A stretch of DNA of 64,000 nucleotides from Eledone cirrhosa (Eukaryota). Under the pieces are notes generated by a model. The model did no database searches, had not been told where the DNA came from, and saw only the letters and a program-made list of their open reading frames with translations. A program made the translations under genes and the position numbers. The stretch covers positions 31,868,001-31,932,000 of the forward strand of contig OZ024748.1 in the NCBI GenBank assembly GCA_964016885.1, written 5' to 3'. This document shows, in pieces, positions 44,929-58,866 of this stretch (the first letter of the stretch is position 1; the number at the start of each line of letters is the position of its first letter).

Positions 44929-45286
44929 CAAGAAGGAGGATGATACTCTGGCGGTTTTCGAGCTTATACTGAAGACAGTACAAAAGACTTGCTGTGTTGA
45001 TTGTTTAACTAAACGTAAGAGTTTAAAGAAAGAAAAATCTGTAATGGATATTTTGACTGCTGTTTCTAGCAGGGTGGGAGAGTACGTAGATATATAATTG
45101 ATATTTTACTGAGTGATACATTTTTATTTACCATCAATTAAATACAATTGGAACTGTCTGAATGTATTAAATTATATCAGGGACTTTTAACGTATGACAC
45201 CGGTAAGAGAGTTAAATCATTTCCAACGACACCGGTAAGAGAGTTAAATCATTTCCAACGACACCGAGTACTTGCTGTCTTCATTA

Positions 45287-45752
45287 TAGGGTCGGACGCC
45301 ATGCTTTGACGCATAGTGTTACGGTCCTTGCCATTCTGAGTTCAAATCCCACCGAGGTTAACTTTGCCTTTCATCCTTACGGGGTCGATAAAATAAAGTA
45401 CCAGTAATGTACTGGGTAATTGATGGCCTTATGCCAAAAGTAGAAACAATTATAACTTGGTTGATTGGCAGTATTGGTAGAGGGTCGGACGTTATGCTTT
45501 GACGCATAGAATTACGGCCCATTCCATTCTGAGTTCAAATCCCGCCGAGGTCAACTTTGTCTTTCATCCTTACGGGGTCGATAAAATAAAGTACCAGTAA
45601 GGTACTGGGTTATTGCTGGCCTTGTATCAAAAGTAGAAACAATTATAACTTTAATTTCCCGCCGAGTTTAACTTTGCCTTTCATCCTTAAGGGGTCGATA
45701 AAATAATGTACTGGGTATTTGCTGACCTTGTGCCAAAAGTAGAAACAATTAT
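45287..45752 (+). mobile_element. Three tandem copies of a tRNA-derived SINE
   Basis: A-box-like TGGCAGTATTGG, B-box GAGTTCAAATCC; each copy ends agtagaaacaattataa. Confidence 0.82.
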
Positions 45753-45961
45753 AAAATATAGTTTATATATAGCTGTACCTTGTTATTGCTTTAAGTAAAT
45801 TAAAGATATCTTTATTATCTAAAATACCTCCGTCTATTTAATTATCTTGTTCACTACCTTACATTATAAAATATATTTTATATTTAGCTGTACGTTGTTG
45901 TTGTTTCAGGGAAGTTTTGTTCGTTTTAGTCTAAATCTGTTTTGATTTAATTTACTTCATC

Positions 45962-46800
45962 TACATGATCATCATAGTTTTACGTCCGTTTTTCAGTCCT
46001 GGCATGGGTTGGATGGGTCCTTTTAAGCACAACATATCCCCACTCGCTTGTTCCTTCGTCATTTTCTCTGTGAGTCTCAGCAATTTGAGATCAGCTCTCA
46101 CCACATCTACCCTGGTCTTCCTTGGTCTACCTCTACTATGGTTTCCCTCCTCTGATATTCCCTGGCACTTCTTTAACCAGCGATCATCATCCATGCATAT
46201 CACATATCCCTACCAAAGCAGTCTTCTCTTTTGCACACCACTTCGGTTTCCTCTGAAGTTCAATTTATTCCTCAATTTATCCAAGCTCTGCCTTCCTGTC
46301 ACATTTACGTTGCACATCCAACGAAGCATGGTCGCTCCATTTCTCTCCACCTAGATAGCGGAAGCTATCATTGTGTACAGTTTATGCCTACTGCTTTCCA
46401 ACATATGCAGTAGGGTCACTTATTCTCTAGTTCTTTTATGGAGTCAGCTATAAGGACCAGATCATTTTCATAGACTGTTTCCCGTGAACAGCCAGTCCTA
46501 AACTCATTGGTTATGGCCTGGAGAACTATGATGAATAGCAGTGGGTTGTGAACTGAACCATGATGAACACCTACCTGTACATTGAATTCCTCATTAAACT
46601 CCCTTCCTACTCTCACTTTACTGACAGCTCCTCTGTACATGGCTTGCACTGCTCTCACAAGCCATTCTCCACGTAAATTTCTGAAGGACCACCAGATAAC
46701 ACAGTGAGGTACTCTGTCAAATGCCTCTTCTAGATCTACAAAAGCTAAAAAAGCAATTTAATCTTGGCTAGAAACTTCTCTTGTAGTTGTGTCACTAACA
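45962..46800 (-). mobile_element. Degenerate RTE-type LINE 3' part
   Basis: VQVGVHHGSVHNPLLFIIVL, RGRPRKT..V..DL, (ATG)n-like tail. Confidence 0.85.
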
Positions 46801-46869
46801 ATTTTTATCAGTAATTCCAAAGAGAATATCAATTGTATGTGTGTGTGTGATGAACAATTAACATAAAAC

Positions 46870-47955
46870 AAAAGACTACATTGAGGAGAAGAATATGGAA
46901 TTGAAGGACCCCACAGTCAGTAAGGAAGAGCAATTAGAGATGTACAATATAGAGAAACTGGAAATTCTTGAAAGTGAACGTGAGGTGTTCAGGATTGCTA
47001 GGCAATGTGTCGAGGAAAATTGTGATATTGTCAGGGAGAAGTGAGTCCGTAATGATAATGGTGTACTTGCCCTCACTTTTACTGATAAGAAGATAGCTTG
47101 GAAGTGTCACTACGAGAGGCTACTAAATGAGTAGAATAAATGGGAAAAAGATAGTCTGCCCCAAATCGATCCAATAGAAGGACCAGCAGTGCAAGTTTAA
47201 TGTAGTATAACAAGTAAGGCAATCAAAGATATGAAGACAGCTGTGCCTTCGGAGATAGTTGCTGAGATGTTGAAAGCATCTGGAATGGTGGGACATACTA
47301 TGGTCACCCAGATAGTAAACCAAGTAATACAGAATGGGGTCATACCAAAGGATTGGTGTAGCATCATCATCATTAACTTCTACAAGGTTAAAGGGGATGC
47401 TCTAGATAGGGGAAACTATTAAGTTAGTTGACCAGGTCGTGAAGGTCACAGAGAGCGAATTGACCTAGATGAAATGCAGTTTGTGTTTGTGTCAGGTAAA
47501 AGTTCCACAGACGCTCTTTTCCTTGTATCACAACTACAGGAGAAGTACCTAGCCAAAAGTAAACCCCTCTACTTAGCTTTTATAGACTTGGAGAAAGCAT
47601 TTGACAGAGTCCCCCGCGCCATTATCTGGTGGGCTCTTAGAAAACTAGGTGTAGATGAATGGCTTGTGAGAGCTAAACAAGCCGTGTATAGAGAAACAGT
47701 CAGCAAGGTTAGAATTAACAATGAATATAGTGAAGAATTTAGCGTAAAAGTTGGTGTTCATCGAGGCTCTGTCCTTAGCCCCCTCCTATTTATTATTGCC
47801 CTTCAGGCTATAACAGAGGAGTTCAAGACCGGCTGTCCATGGGAACTTCTATATGCAGATGATCTAACTCTCATAGCTGAATCTATGGCTGAACTAGAGA
47901 AGAAATTGCAAACATGGAAGCATGGCTTAGAATCAAATGGCCTTAAAGTTAACTT
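46870..47955 (+). mobile_element. Degenerate RTE-type LINE RT fragment
   Basis: KGDALDRGNY, AFIDLEKAFDRVPR, GVHRGSVLSPLLF, LLYADDL. Confidence 0.9.
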
Positions 47956-48033
47956 GTATATGTATATATATATATATGTATATGGGAAAGTAAAAAATCG
48001 GAGAATAGACCGTTAAAACATGTTTATTTAAAA

Positions 48034-48078
48034 TATCACCTACGTACGTTTCGCCCAGTTGGGCTTCTCAAGGGCATA
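48034..48078 (-). ncRNA. Minimal hammerhead (family N), UUGAGAA core
   Basis: Inverted copy of 53012-53056. Confidence 0.72.
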
Positions 48079-50154
48079 AATAATCACAAGTGTTCCTTAT
48101 ATTGCTCGGAAAGAGTTTTGGGGGTTAAATCCACATCAAGGTTCATTGCTCGCAAAAATATCTTGTTTTGATTTTGCAGCAGGTCAAGGGAGGTAACTCT
48201 GGCCAGTGTTAGGGCAGTCTTTCCCGGACAAATTTTTTTTTTTTATTTTTTTTTTTTGCTGCATCCGTTTGTCTGAAGCTGGGTCTGGTATGCAAGGATT
48301 GTTTTCTGGGTGTTATTTTGCAGCGCCTGCCCACCGAGGTGTTAAGACTTGTTGCAGGGAGATCCAGTGTACTATTTCACTCTTCATCCTTAACCCATCT
48401 GAAGAAGGATATTTTTAAGCGATGTGTACAACTTATCGCTGTTTCAGCTCTGCTGTTGATGAGCTCGTGGGGTGCAGTTATGATGTGGTAGAGCTCCATG
48501 AGGCAAAGATCGCATTTCCTCTTGAAGTTGTACGGTGCAGCCCTGCCGACATTCTCCCAGTGCGTGGAGAAGCTGATGTTTAAGTCCTTTAGTGCTGTGA
48601 TGTAGTCCGCGAGCGAAGTGGAGTGCCTTAGTTTTCTATTTGTGAAAGAGTGGAGATGTGTTCGAAACCTAATTTTGAACGGGCCGGAGGTGGCCCCCTA
48701 TATAATGTTTAACGCTATTGTGGCTAGTAATAGTGCATCTATATATAACCCTATCAGTCAAGCAGTATCCTCTAAGGGGGCAGCGTCCTCTGTCGCGGCA
48801 GTTGCAATTTCTGTCGCGGTTCCGTCTATTTCCCACGGTAAGGCTATCATTGTTGCTGCCTACGTTGTTACCTACGCTACCGCAGCTGTCGTTAGCACAA
48901 TTACAACCCACAGCACGCGGGCTGGTGCGATTGTTATTCCGCACGTCATGTTCTGCATGTTCCCCAGTCATTTCGCGGTTATTCTGGTTGCGTCTGCGGA
49001 TGCCGTTGCCAACACTATTGGATGCTGCCAGAGAGTTGTTAAGGCCGATATAGTTATTGTAAGGTGTAGGTGAGTCTGTGTCGAGGTGCTGTGTCTTGGT
49101 GATCTTACTGTGGTTCGTTGTTCCTATGATGTCTGCTAGGTTAGGAGTAGTAGAGAAGGATATTTTTATATTGTTCCTCTTAAGAATTTTTCTATACCTA
49201 TGGTTGGGCGGGAAGTTCTTCTCTAAGGCTTCGAAGAACATCCGGGGTATGTTGGAGGCCACACTCCGAGAGTAGGAGGGGGGACCATAGGACGTTATGG
49301 TGGCGATTACGTGTCCTTGTACTTTTGCTACGGGTGGTTCCATCTAAGTGACCGCTCTTATGTGTGTTAATGCGCAGTCGCCCGTTCGGTGCCCCTTTCA
49401 CTTTATGCTCGGGTGCATTCTTTCTACCTCTTCCATGTTTATGTACACGAATATGTTGGTTGGAAGGCGTTGGTAGTAGGCCGTCGCCTTTGTTGGTTTT
49501 GTAATAGGGGAATAGTTTGAGTAATCTACAGTGTTCACCGTCGCCGGGGACGTGATCTTTGGTGCGGTTATCTATTCTATTATATCCGACTTCAACGAGG
49601 TCGCCGCGTGATCGGTTATAGGTATGGCTTACTATAACGTTAGTTTTATGAGGGAGGTGGTTTCTAGAGCTAGCGTTAGGGATGTAGGAAATTCCTCGGT
49701 TAAAGCCGGCGCTTATCAGGGCCCTATTGTAGTAATCAGCCGCTTGGTTGAAGATATCCTCATTGGCGGATAGCCTCGAGATTCTATGTGAGATACTATA
49801 GACTATGGAGTTGAGAGTCTGCTTAGGTTGGTTGGAGGCATAATTAATATAAGAGAGGCACTCTCCAGGCTTATGGTATGGCTTGTATAAGCCCGTACTC
49901 AACTCCAGGGTCACGTCCAGGAAGTTGACAACCCTGTGGTTGAGGTCCATAGTTACGGATAGGCCGTATGACTTAAAGAACCTGTGTATATGTTTGTTAA
50001 GGTTCTCTATCCTACGGGGGCTATGGTTCCTAACGGTAAACAGGGCGTCGTCCCTATATACACCTCCTTGTAGGGCCGGTATTTCTTCCCTAAGCTTATG
50101 TAGGAGGTATATCCCGAAGAGATATATGGCTTCAAAACATACCCAAAGAGAAGT

Positions 50155-52713
50155 ATGGCTTCAAAACATACCGAAACCCACCGCACAACACCTTACTGGA
50201 CTCCTTTGAAGAGGACCTGCTGAAAATGATCAAAAACGTTAAGCTCAGAAAGAAACACCAATGCAGCAATCCATTCTTAACGTCCCTTGATACACTAATA
50301 ACTAAGATCAAGAATGACCCGCACCTCTTCGTCACCTCCGACAAAACCAAAAAGCTGTACAAGATGGACGCGAGTGAGTATAAAAAATTCATCTATAAGG
50401 AACTACACAAAGACTACAAAAAGACACCCTCTAGTACCCTAAATGACATAAATAGAGTAGGGAAGGATATAGTCACCAGCTTAGAAATAGAAAAGTACTC
50501 TAACCCGTACGTCCTTCTGACGCCTAAATTCTCTCTTAAGGATCACAAATATGACTTTAATGAAAGCCCCTCTATTAGACTAATATGACCCTCTACATCA
50601 GATATAGGTAAGATTAGTAAAGTGATCCTTGACAGAGTACTACTCGAGCTTAATAGAAAGGCTAAGGTCTGCCTCTGGGGCAACACCGACCAGGTCATAA
50701 ATTGGTTCACCGAGTTGCCGGATAAAGCCACCCTGAAATTCATCCAGTTTGATATAGATAGCTACTACGCCTCTATCTCCCCCATACTCTTAAATAAGGC
50801 ACTTATCTTAGCTAGATCTAACACTAGCCTCACTAAAAAAGAAATAGACATAATTCTAGCGGCACGTAGAACTATTATCCAGTTCGAAGGCTCCCACTGG
50901 ACCAGAACCAACCGTCCTGATAACTTCGATGTCATGATGGGGTCCAGTGACTCAGCGCAAGCAACTGACCTGGTCGGGATATACCTCCTACATAAGCTTA
51001 GGGAAGAAATACCGGCCCTACAAGGAGGTGTATATAGGGACGACGCCCTGTTTACCGTTAGGAACCATAGCCCCCGTAGGATAGAGAACCTTAACAAACA
51101 TATACACAGGTTCTTTAAGTCATACGGCCTATCCGTAACTATGGACCTCAACCACAGGGTTGTCAACTTCCTGGACGTAACCCTGGAGTTGAGTACGGGC
51201 TTATACAAGCCATACCATAAGCCTGGAGAGTGCCTCTCTTATATTAATTATGCCTCCAACCAACCTAAGCAGACTCTCAACTCCATAGTCTATAGTATCT
51301 CACATAGAATCTCGAGGCTATCCGCCAATGAGGATATCTTCAACCAAGCGGCTGATTACTACAATAGGGCCCTGATAAGCGCCGGCTTTAACCGAGGAAT
51401 TTCCTACATCCCTAACGCTAGCTCTAGAAACCACCTCCCTCATAAAACTAACGTTATAGTAAGCCATACCTATAACCGATCACGCGGCGACCTCGTTGAA
51501 GTCGGATATAATAGAATAGATAACCGCACCAAAGATCACGTCCCCGGCGACGGTGAACACTGTAGATTACTCAAACTATTCCCCTATTACAAAACCAACA
51601 AAGGCGACGGCCTACTACCAACGCCTTCCAACCAACATCTTCGTGTACATAAACATGGAAGAGGTAGAAAGAATGCACCCGAGCATAAAGTGAAAGGGGC
51701 ACCGAACGGGCGACTGCGCATTAACACACATAAGAGCGGTCACTTAGATGGAACCACCCGTAGCAAAAGTACAAGGACACGTAATCGCCACCATAACGTC
51801 CTATGGTCCCCCCCCTACTCTCGGAGTGTGGCCTCCAACATACCCCGGATGTTCTTCGAAGCCTTAGAGAAGAACTTCCCGCCCAACCATAGGTATAGAA
51901 AAATTCTTAATAGGAACAATATAAAAATATCCTTCTCTACTACTCCTAACCTAGCAGACATCATAGGAACAACGAACCACAGTAAGATCACCAAGACACA
52001 GCACCTCGACATAGATGCACCTACACCTTACAATAACTATATCGGCCTTAACAACTCCCTGGCAGCATCCAATAGTGTTGGCAACGGCATCCGCAGACGC
52101 AACCAGAATAACCGCGAAATGACTGGGGAACATGCAGAACATGACGTGCGGAATAACAATCGCACCATCCTGCGTGCTGTGGGTTGTAATTGTGCTAACG
52201 ACAGCTGCGGTAGCGTAGGTAACAACGTAGGCAGCAACAATGATAGCCTTACCGTGGGAAATAGACGGAACCGCGACAGAAATTGCAACTGCCGCGACAG
52301 AGGACGCTGCCCCCATAGAGGATACTGCTTGACTGATAGGGTTATATATAGATGCACTATTACTAGCCACAATAGCGTTAAACATTATATAGGGGGCCAC
52401 CTCCGGCCCGTTCAAAATTAGGTTTCGAACACATCTCCACTCTTTCACAAATAGAAAACTAAGGCACTCCACTTCGCTCGCGGACTACATCACAGCACTA
52501 AAGGACTTAAACATCAGCTTCTCCACGCACTGGGAGAATGTCGGCAGGGCTGCACCGTACAACTTCAAGAGGAAATGCGATCTTTGCCTCATGGAGCTCT
52601 ACCACATCATAACTGCACCCCACGAGCTCATCAACAGCAGAGCTGAAACAGCGATAGGTTGTACACATCGCTTAAAAATATCCTTCTTCAGATGGGTTAA
52701 GGATGAAGAGTGA
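50155..52713 (+). pseudogene. PLE RT plus GIY-YIG ORF with an in-frame TGA (50586-50588) and a one-base frameshift (~52392-52396)
   Basis: SDKT, KDHK, IRLI*PS, QFDIDSYYASI, MGSSDS, YRDD, FLDVTL, CNCRDRGRCP, VIY..YIG; continues ATSGPFKIRF..CDLC..CTH in another frame. Confidence 0.92.
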
Positions 52714-53011
52714 AATAGTACACTGGATCTCCCTGCAACAAGTATTAACACCCCGGCGGGCAGGCGCTGCAAAATAACACCCAGAAAACAATCCTTGCAT
52801 ACCAGACCCAGCTTAAGACAAACGGATGCAGCAAAAAAAAAAAATAAAAAATAAAAATTTGTCCGGGAATGACTGCCCTAACACTGGCCAGAGTTACCTC
52901 CCTTGACCTGCTGCAAAATCAAAACAAGATATTTTTGCGAGCAATGAACCTTGATGTGGATTTAACCCCCAAAACTCTTTCCGAGCAATATAAGGAACAC
53001 TTGTGATTATT

Positions 53012-53056
53012 TATGCCCTTGAGAAGCCCAACTGGGCGAAACGTACGTAGGTGATA
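53012..53056 (+). ncRNA. Minimal hammerhead (family N), U3-A8 core
   Basis: tatgcCC-TTGAGAA-GCCCA(ac)TGGGC-GAAA-CGTACG-TA-GGtgata; stem I imperfect. Confidence 0.74.
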
Positions 53057-53335
53057 TTTTAAATAAACATGTTTTAACGGTCTATTCTCCGATTTTTTAC
53101 TTTCCCACGTGCTTACGCTCTGCTAACTCTCTAGCCCACTAAATATTAACACTTCGAATATTTAATACTCCCGGCATTAGTATCGAGCACCTTTGGCATA
53201 CGCTACTTGGCAAATAACTATATGTATCACCTATCCCTCATTTTTTTCTCCTTCTCGATACGTAAATACTATATATATGTATATATATGTATATATATGT
53301 ATATATATATGGATGATGATATATGTATATATATG

Positions 53336-53368
<33 letters not shown>

Positions 53369-53383
53369 TTATATAGATATATG

Positions 53384-53414
<31 letters not shown>

Positions 53415-53483
53415 TTGTATATATATGTATATATATATATGTATATATATATATATGTATATATATATGTATATATATATATG

Positions 53484-53638
<155 letters not shown>

Positions 53639-53647
53639 GTATATATG

Positions 53648-53761
<114 letters not shown>

Positions 53762-53764
53762 TTA

Positions 53765-55177
53765 ATTAAAATAACCGATTAAAGTTGAAGCAAAGAATCG
53801 TACATACACAAGCATACGCGAAAACACTCGCCATAGGTATACAAATACACGCACATATAAATAGGTGTGTGTGTATGTGTGCGTGTATACAAATAATAAA
53901 ATAAACGTATATAAATAAATAAATACGTATATAACAAGCGCACACACCTACCTACATGTAAATACACAAATGTTCGGAAACGTACGTCAACCAAAACACA
54001 ACGTACACATATACACACACCCTACATACTCACACAGACGCAAAACTGACGTATACACATAACCAAAAGCATATGTACCAGAATATATAAAAAATACGCC
54101 ATAACATATACAATCAAATATACGTACGAGAAAGTATACGTACCTTCACAAAACATACAGGTAATATATACTTACCTATGCAAAAAAGTAATGGTATAAA
54201 CATAACATATACTTAGCTACCACATCAAGACGTAAAATATCCGCGTATAGATCGTACTATCCGTTAGGGTATAATGTGGGGCTGTAATACAGGAAAGTTT
54301 TGTGCAATTTATGTTTACAAGCCGAAATTGCCCCAGATTTTATGTTTAAGATGTGGTCTGTGGCGTAGAGTATTTCCAGGGCCTCAGCAGCGCAGAGGTC
54401 ACATGGTCTTTTATTTCCATTATACGATCTAGCCCTAGCTAGGATCTTCCAGTGTAACTTATATTGGGTGTGGTTGTCTTTTAGACACCAGATATAAGCT
54501 GAAAGTGACGTCATATTCCTCCTTAGAGGGTAACGAAAGAATGGGTATGCATGTAAAGACGCTGCTTGAATCTATTGGCGGTTAACCCTATGTAGGCCGT
54601 ACGGGACGTGGGTGTTACAACCTTACATTTGTAGACAATGTTACTAGAGAGGCATTTCCCGGATAGGGGGCAATCAACCCGATTCCTACAATTGCAGTTA
54701 GTACAAACTACAGGGTTGCACGCGTTCCTACGGCTAGGTATTTTAGCTAAATTTGAAGCTGTGATGTTATGTGAAAGGTTAGGAGTCGTAGAGTAAGAAA
54801 TTTTAATAGTATTTCTATTAAATATTTTACTATATTTATGTGTAGGGGGAAAATGCTTCGTAATAAGGGATAGAAAGATCTTAGCTAATGGTGTGGCCAC
54901 CTCCATATTATATGGTGGGATATACCATATAATGAGTCGGGATCTATTTCTTCTAGGTCTATTCTCGTACTCTGTATATGCTACCTCATCGACAAATCCA
55001 CTCCGAGGAAGAGCTTCATTGTAATATATGGAATGGTCGTTGAAAATATGCTCGTTTGTAGATAGACGGGAAAGCCTCAACGAAACGTTTCTTACCAGGT
55101 TCTTGTTTATGATGGCAGGATGGTTGGAATGCTTACTTATGTAATTAAGCGTATCATTCGGCTTTCTATACGGGTAT
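53765..55177 (-). mobile_element. 5'-truncated PLE (thumb plus GIY-YIG, coding 54257-55177), same family as 59.8-61.4 kb
   Basis: WYIPPYN, CNCRNRVDCPLSGKC, IVY..YIG, CDLC..CKH; 3' region internally deleted through the HHR. Confidence 0.9.
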
Positions 55178-55315
55178 GAAAGCAGCGATTCTTTGCTTAA
55201 ACTTTAATCTGTTATTTTAATAAATATTTGCTCTATATTTATCCTTATCGAGCCCTCTTTGGATTTTAGTCTTCAAATTTATTATTATTACTATGTATAC
55301 ATATATGTATATATG

Positions 55316-55416
<101 letters not shown>

Positions 55417-55616
55417 ATATACATATGTATATATATAAATATGTATATATATATGTACATATATATATATATGTATGTATATATGTATGTATATATATAT
55501 ATGTGTATGTATATATATGTATGTATATATATGTATGTAAGTATATATGTATGTATATATATATATGTACGTATATATATATATATATATGTATGTATAT
55601 ATATATATGTATATAC

Positions 55617-55647
<31 letters not shown>

Positions 55648-55903
55648 CATATATATATACATATATATACACATATATACATATACATATATATATACAT
55701 AGTATTAAGGATACTATTTATGGTTATGTATATACTAAAACCTTTTATACTTATATATATTTTAAAACCTAAAGAGTGAAAGACAGTAATTTATTACTAC
55801 CTTATTACAAGTAAGATAAATAGCTCAATGTAATAACACCAGTTGTTCTACAGAGCAGTTATATAGAAATTACATGAATCAAAGTTCTGTTCAAACCATT
55901 TAT

Positions 55904-55952
55904 TAGCTTACACTTGTTTCGTCCAAACCGAGGTTTGGAGTCTTCGGAGCAA
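55904..55952 (-). ncRNA. Hammerhead-like motif (family O), CCGAAGA core
   Basis: Minus strand ttGCT-CCGAAGA-cTCCAAACC(tc)GGTTTGGAc-GAAA-CAAGTG-TA-AGCta. Confidence 0.68.
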
Positions 55953-56891
55953 TTTTTCAATGATTGTTTACATACATGACCTCCTTTCCAACACAAGAGA
56001 CATACAGAAAGATATGTATATATCGATGCACAGTGGGGTGACATCCATTATAATATTATAGCATGGCAATTTACATTCAAAGATTAAAGTCATATTAAAA
56101 GGAAACAAAATTAAAGTTAAAATACAACATTGGCAGTTTACGAAGATAATGCAAGAGGATAGTTAGAAGTAGTTAGTGTATGCAATAGTTACACGTGGGG
56201 CATGCACGTGTGTCTTATTTATATAAGATTAAAACATTGTTTTGCTTCTCATTTTTAATATTATTAATATTTTTAATATTTCTCTGCACACAAGCTTCTA
56301 TATCATACATAAAAAATACTTTACCAATACAACCCCCATAAAACAGTGTTATGGTTTTCGTATACACCACCATTTTCACAATCCAGGAAACGTAGCATAT
56401 AGATTGTGAAAATGGTGGTGTATACGAAAACCATAACACTGTTTTGCTTCTCATTTTTAATATTTTAAATATTTCTCTGCACACAAGCTTCTATATCATA
56501 CATAAAAAATACTTTACTAATACAACCCCGATAATACTCTTGATTGCCCGCTTAAAGTGCTTGTATTCCATATAACACTTTACCGCACTATAATCTTATA
56601 TAAATAAGACACACGTGCATGCCCCACGTGTAACTATTGCATACACTAACTACTTCTAACTATCCTCTTGCATTATATTCGTAAACTGCCAATGTTGTAT
56701 TTTAACTTTGATTTTGTTGTTATTTTCTTTTAATATGAATTTAAATGTAAATTTAATATGAATTTGAATGTAAATTGCATTGCTAAAATATTATAATGGA
56801 TGTCAACGCACTGTGCATCGATATATATATATGTTTCTGTATGTCTCTTGTGTTGGAAAGGAGGTCATGTATGTAAACAATCATTGAAAAA

Positions 56892-56940
56892 TTGCTCCGA
56901 AGAATCCAAACCTTAGTTTGGAAGAAACAATTGTAAGCGA
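56892..56940 (+). ncRNA. Hammerhead-like motif (family O), U4C core
   Basis: TTGCT-CCGAAGA-aTCCAAAC(ctta)GTTTGGAa-GAAA-CAATTG-TA-AGCGA. Confidence 0.76.
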
Positions 56941-56990
56941 ATAAATGGTTTGAACAGAACTTTGATTCATGTCATTTCTATATATATACA

Positions 56991-57035
<45 letters not shown>

Positions 57036-57095
57036 ATATATATACATACATATATATATATACATACACATACATATACAAACATATATATATAC

Positions 57096-57126
<31 letters not shown>

Positions 57127-57132
57127 CATATA

Positions 57133-57612
57133 CAAGATAATATAAATTAATATATATGATAAACACAGATACCAACATATCAGTGTTTGTATTGTAAATG
57201 ACTAAGTTAGCTAGATTGAAAAATACTAATTATAATAATACAATTTGCCTGTCTCGATTTAAAATAATAAATCAATAAAAACAAACCATATTGGCAAATA
57301 GCTGTGGTACTTAGACAAATTTAAATTTCAAAATCAAACCTGTTCCGTAGATAAGTTTAAACTTATTTGGATTTTAAAGTTTAAACTTATCTACGTAACA
57401 GGTTTGATTTTGAAATTTAAATTTGTCTAAGTACCACGGCTATTTGCCAATATGGTTTGTTTTTTATTGATTTATTATTTTAAATCGAGACAGGCAAACT
57501 GTATTATTATAATTAGTATTTTTCAATCTAGTTAACTTAGTCATTTACAATACAAACACTAATATGTTGGTATCTGTGTTTATCATATATATTAATGTAT
57601 ATTATCTTGTAT
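57133..57612. repeat. ~480-bp palindrome, no HHR seen
   Basis: Arms meet near 57363/57378. Confidence 0.9.
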
Positions 57613-57730
57613 TACACGGCTCAGAAATACTATTTCATTGTAAACGACTGCCTGAGTTTTGAACACTTTATTCATAGTATATATATATTCATACATATAC
57701 ATATATATACATATATATACATATATATAC

Positions 57731-57763
<33 letters not shown>

Positions 57764-57824
57764 CATATACATACATATATACACATACATATATACATAT
57801 ACATACATATATATATATACATAC

Positions 57825-57867
<43 letters not shown>

Positions 57868-58815
57868 TATGGTGGCTGCCAACTCGTTTTCGAGTACGGC
57901 CACTACTTTATATCCATGTAGGAGAACTCCTACCGATGCGCTGAACGAGTGTGACTTTTTAGTCCAGCTAACGACTAGAAAACTCTGGTACAAACACTAC
58001 ACTTGTGACAATTATTGATACATAGTGCTGGGCTCATGGTACCATGTGATGACAAGTGCAGCGAGATCTCCAGATATAAAGTAATGCCTGTGCCGTGAAG
58101 CTTTTATAGTGAGCAAAGGCACTGCACAAAGCAAGTCCCACTCTCTTTAACAAGATGATATTTACCAAGAAGAAGAAAAAGTCAACATCATTGGATACCA
58201 TCAGTGCTGCAGGTGTTATATCAGAGTTTTCCTTCTCCTAGAATTCTGCCTTGACAAAGGCTAAGGGGTCATCTCTCCCGGATACATATATATACATACA
58301 TATACATACATACATATACATACATATATACATATACATACATATACACGTATACATACATATACATACATACATATACATACATATATATATATACATA
58401 CATATATACATATACATACATATATACATATACATACATATATACATATACATTAATATATATACATACACACATACATATACATACATATATACATATA
58501 CATACTTATATATATACATACATATACATACATATATATATATATATATACATACATATACACATACATACATATATATACATATATACATATACATACA
58601 TATATATATACATACTTACATAAATATATACATACATACATACATATACATACATATACACATATACATACATATATACATACATATATATATATACATA
58701 CATATAGTAATAATAATAAAATTGAAGACTAAAATCCAAAGAGGGCTCGATAAGGAAAATATATATCAAATATATAAGAACCGTAGAGCAAATATTTATT
58801 AAAATAACAGATTAA

Positions 58816-58866
58816 AGTTTAAGCAAAGAATCGCTGCTTTCACCCTTAACGGGATCTTCTGAAACT
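58816..58866 (-). ncRNA. Hammerhead-like motif (family K), CAGAAGA core
   Basis: Inverted copy of 61329-61379. Confidence 0.7.

Larger units (their letters stand above)
47983..53270 (+). mobile_element. Near full-length PLE (~50145-53270, +) preceded by an inverted 2.1-kb copy of its 3' part (47983-50117)
   Basis: 47983-50117 is the reverse complement of 50974-53107 with few substitutions. Confidence 0.93.
55860..56985. repeat. Inverted repeat (~370-bp arms) carrying family O HHR pair
   Basis: HHR coordinates sum to 112844; rearranged centre. Confidence 0.88.

Noticed and set aside
45962-47955. Head-to-head RTE fragments as one fold-back insertion
   Set aside because: The overlapping RT regions differ substantially in sequence, so they are likely independent old copies.
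50586-50588. In-frame TGA as possible selenocysteine (some Naiad PLEs encode selenoproteins)
   Set aside because: Single TGA; the homologue in this window has Ala at that position (RLIAPS); no SECIS recognised; the ORF is also frameshifted.
48618-52472. Antisense ORFs overlapping the PLE arms
   Set aside because: Shadow frames of the PLE ORF, duplicated only because of the inverted repeat.
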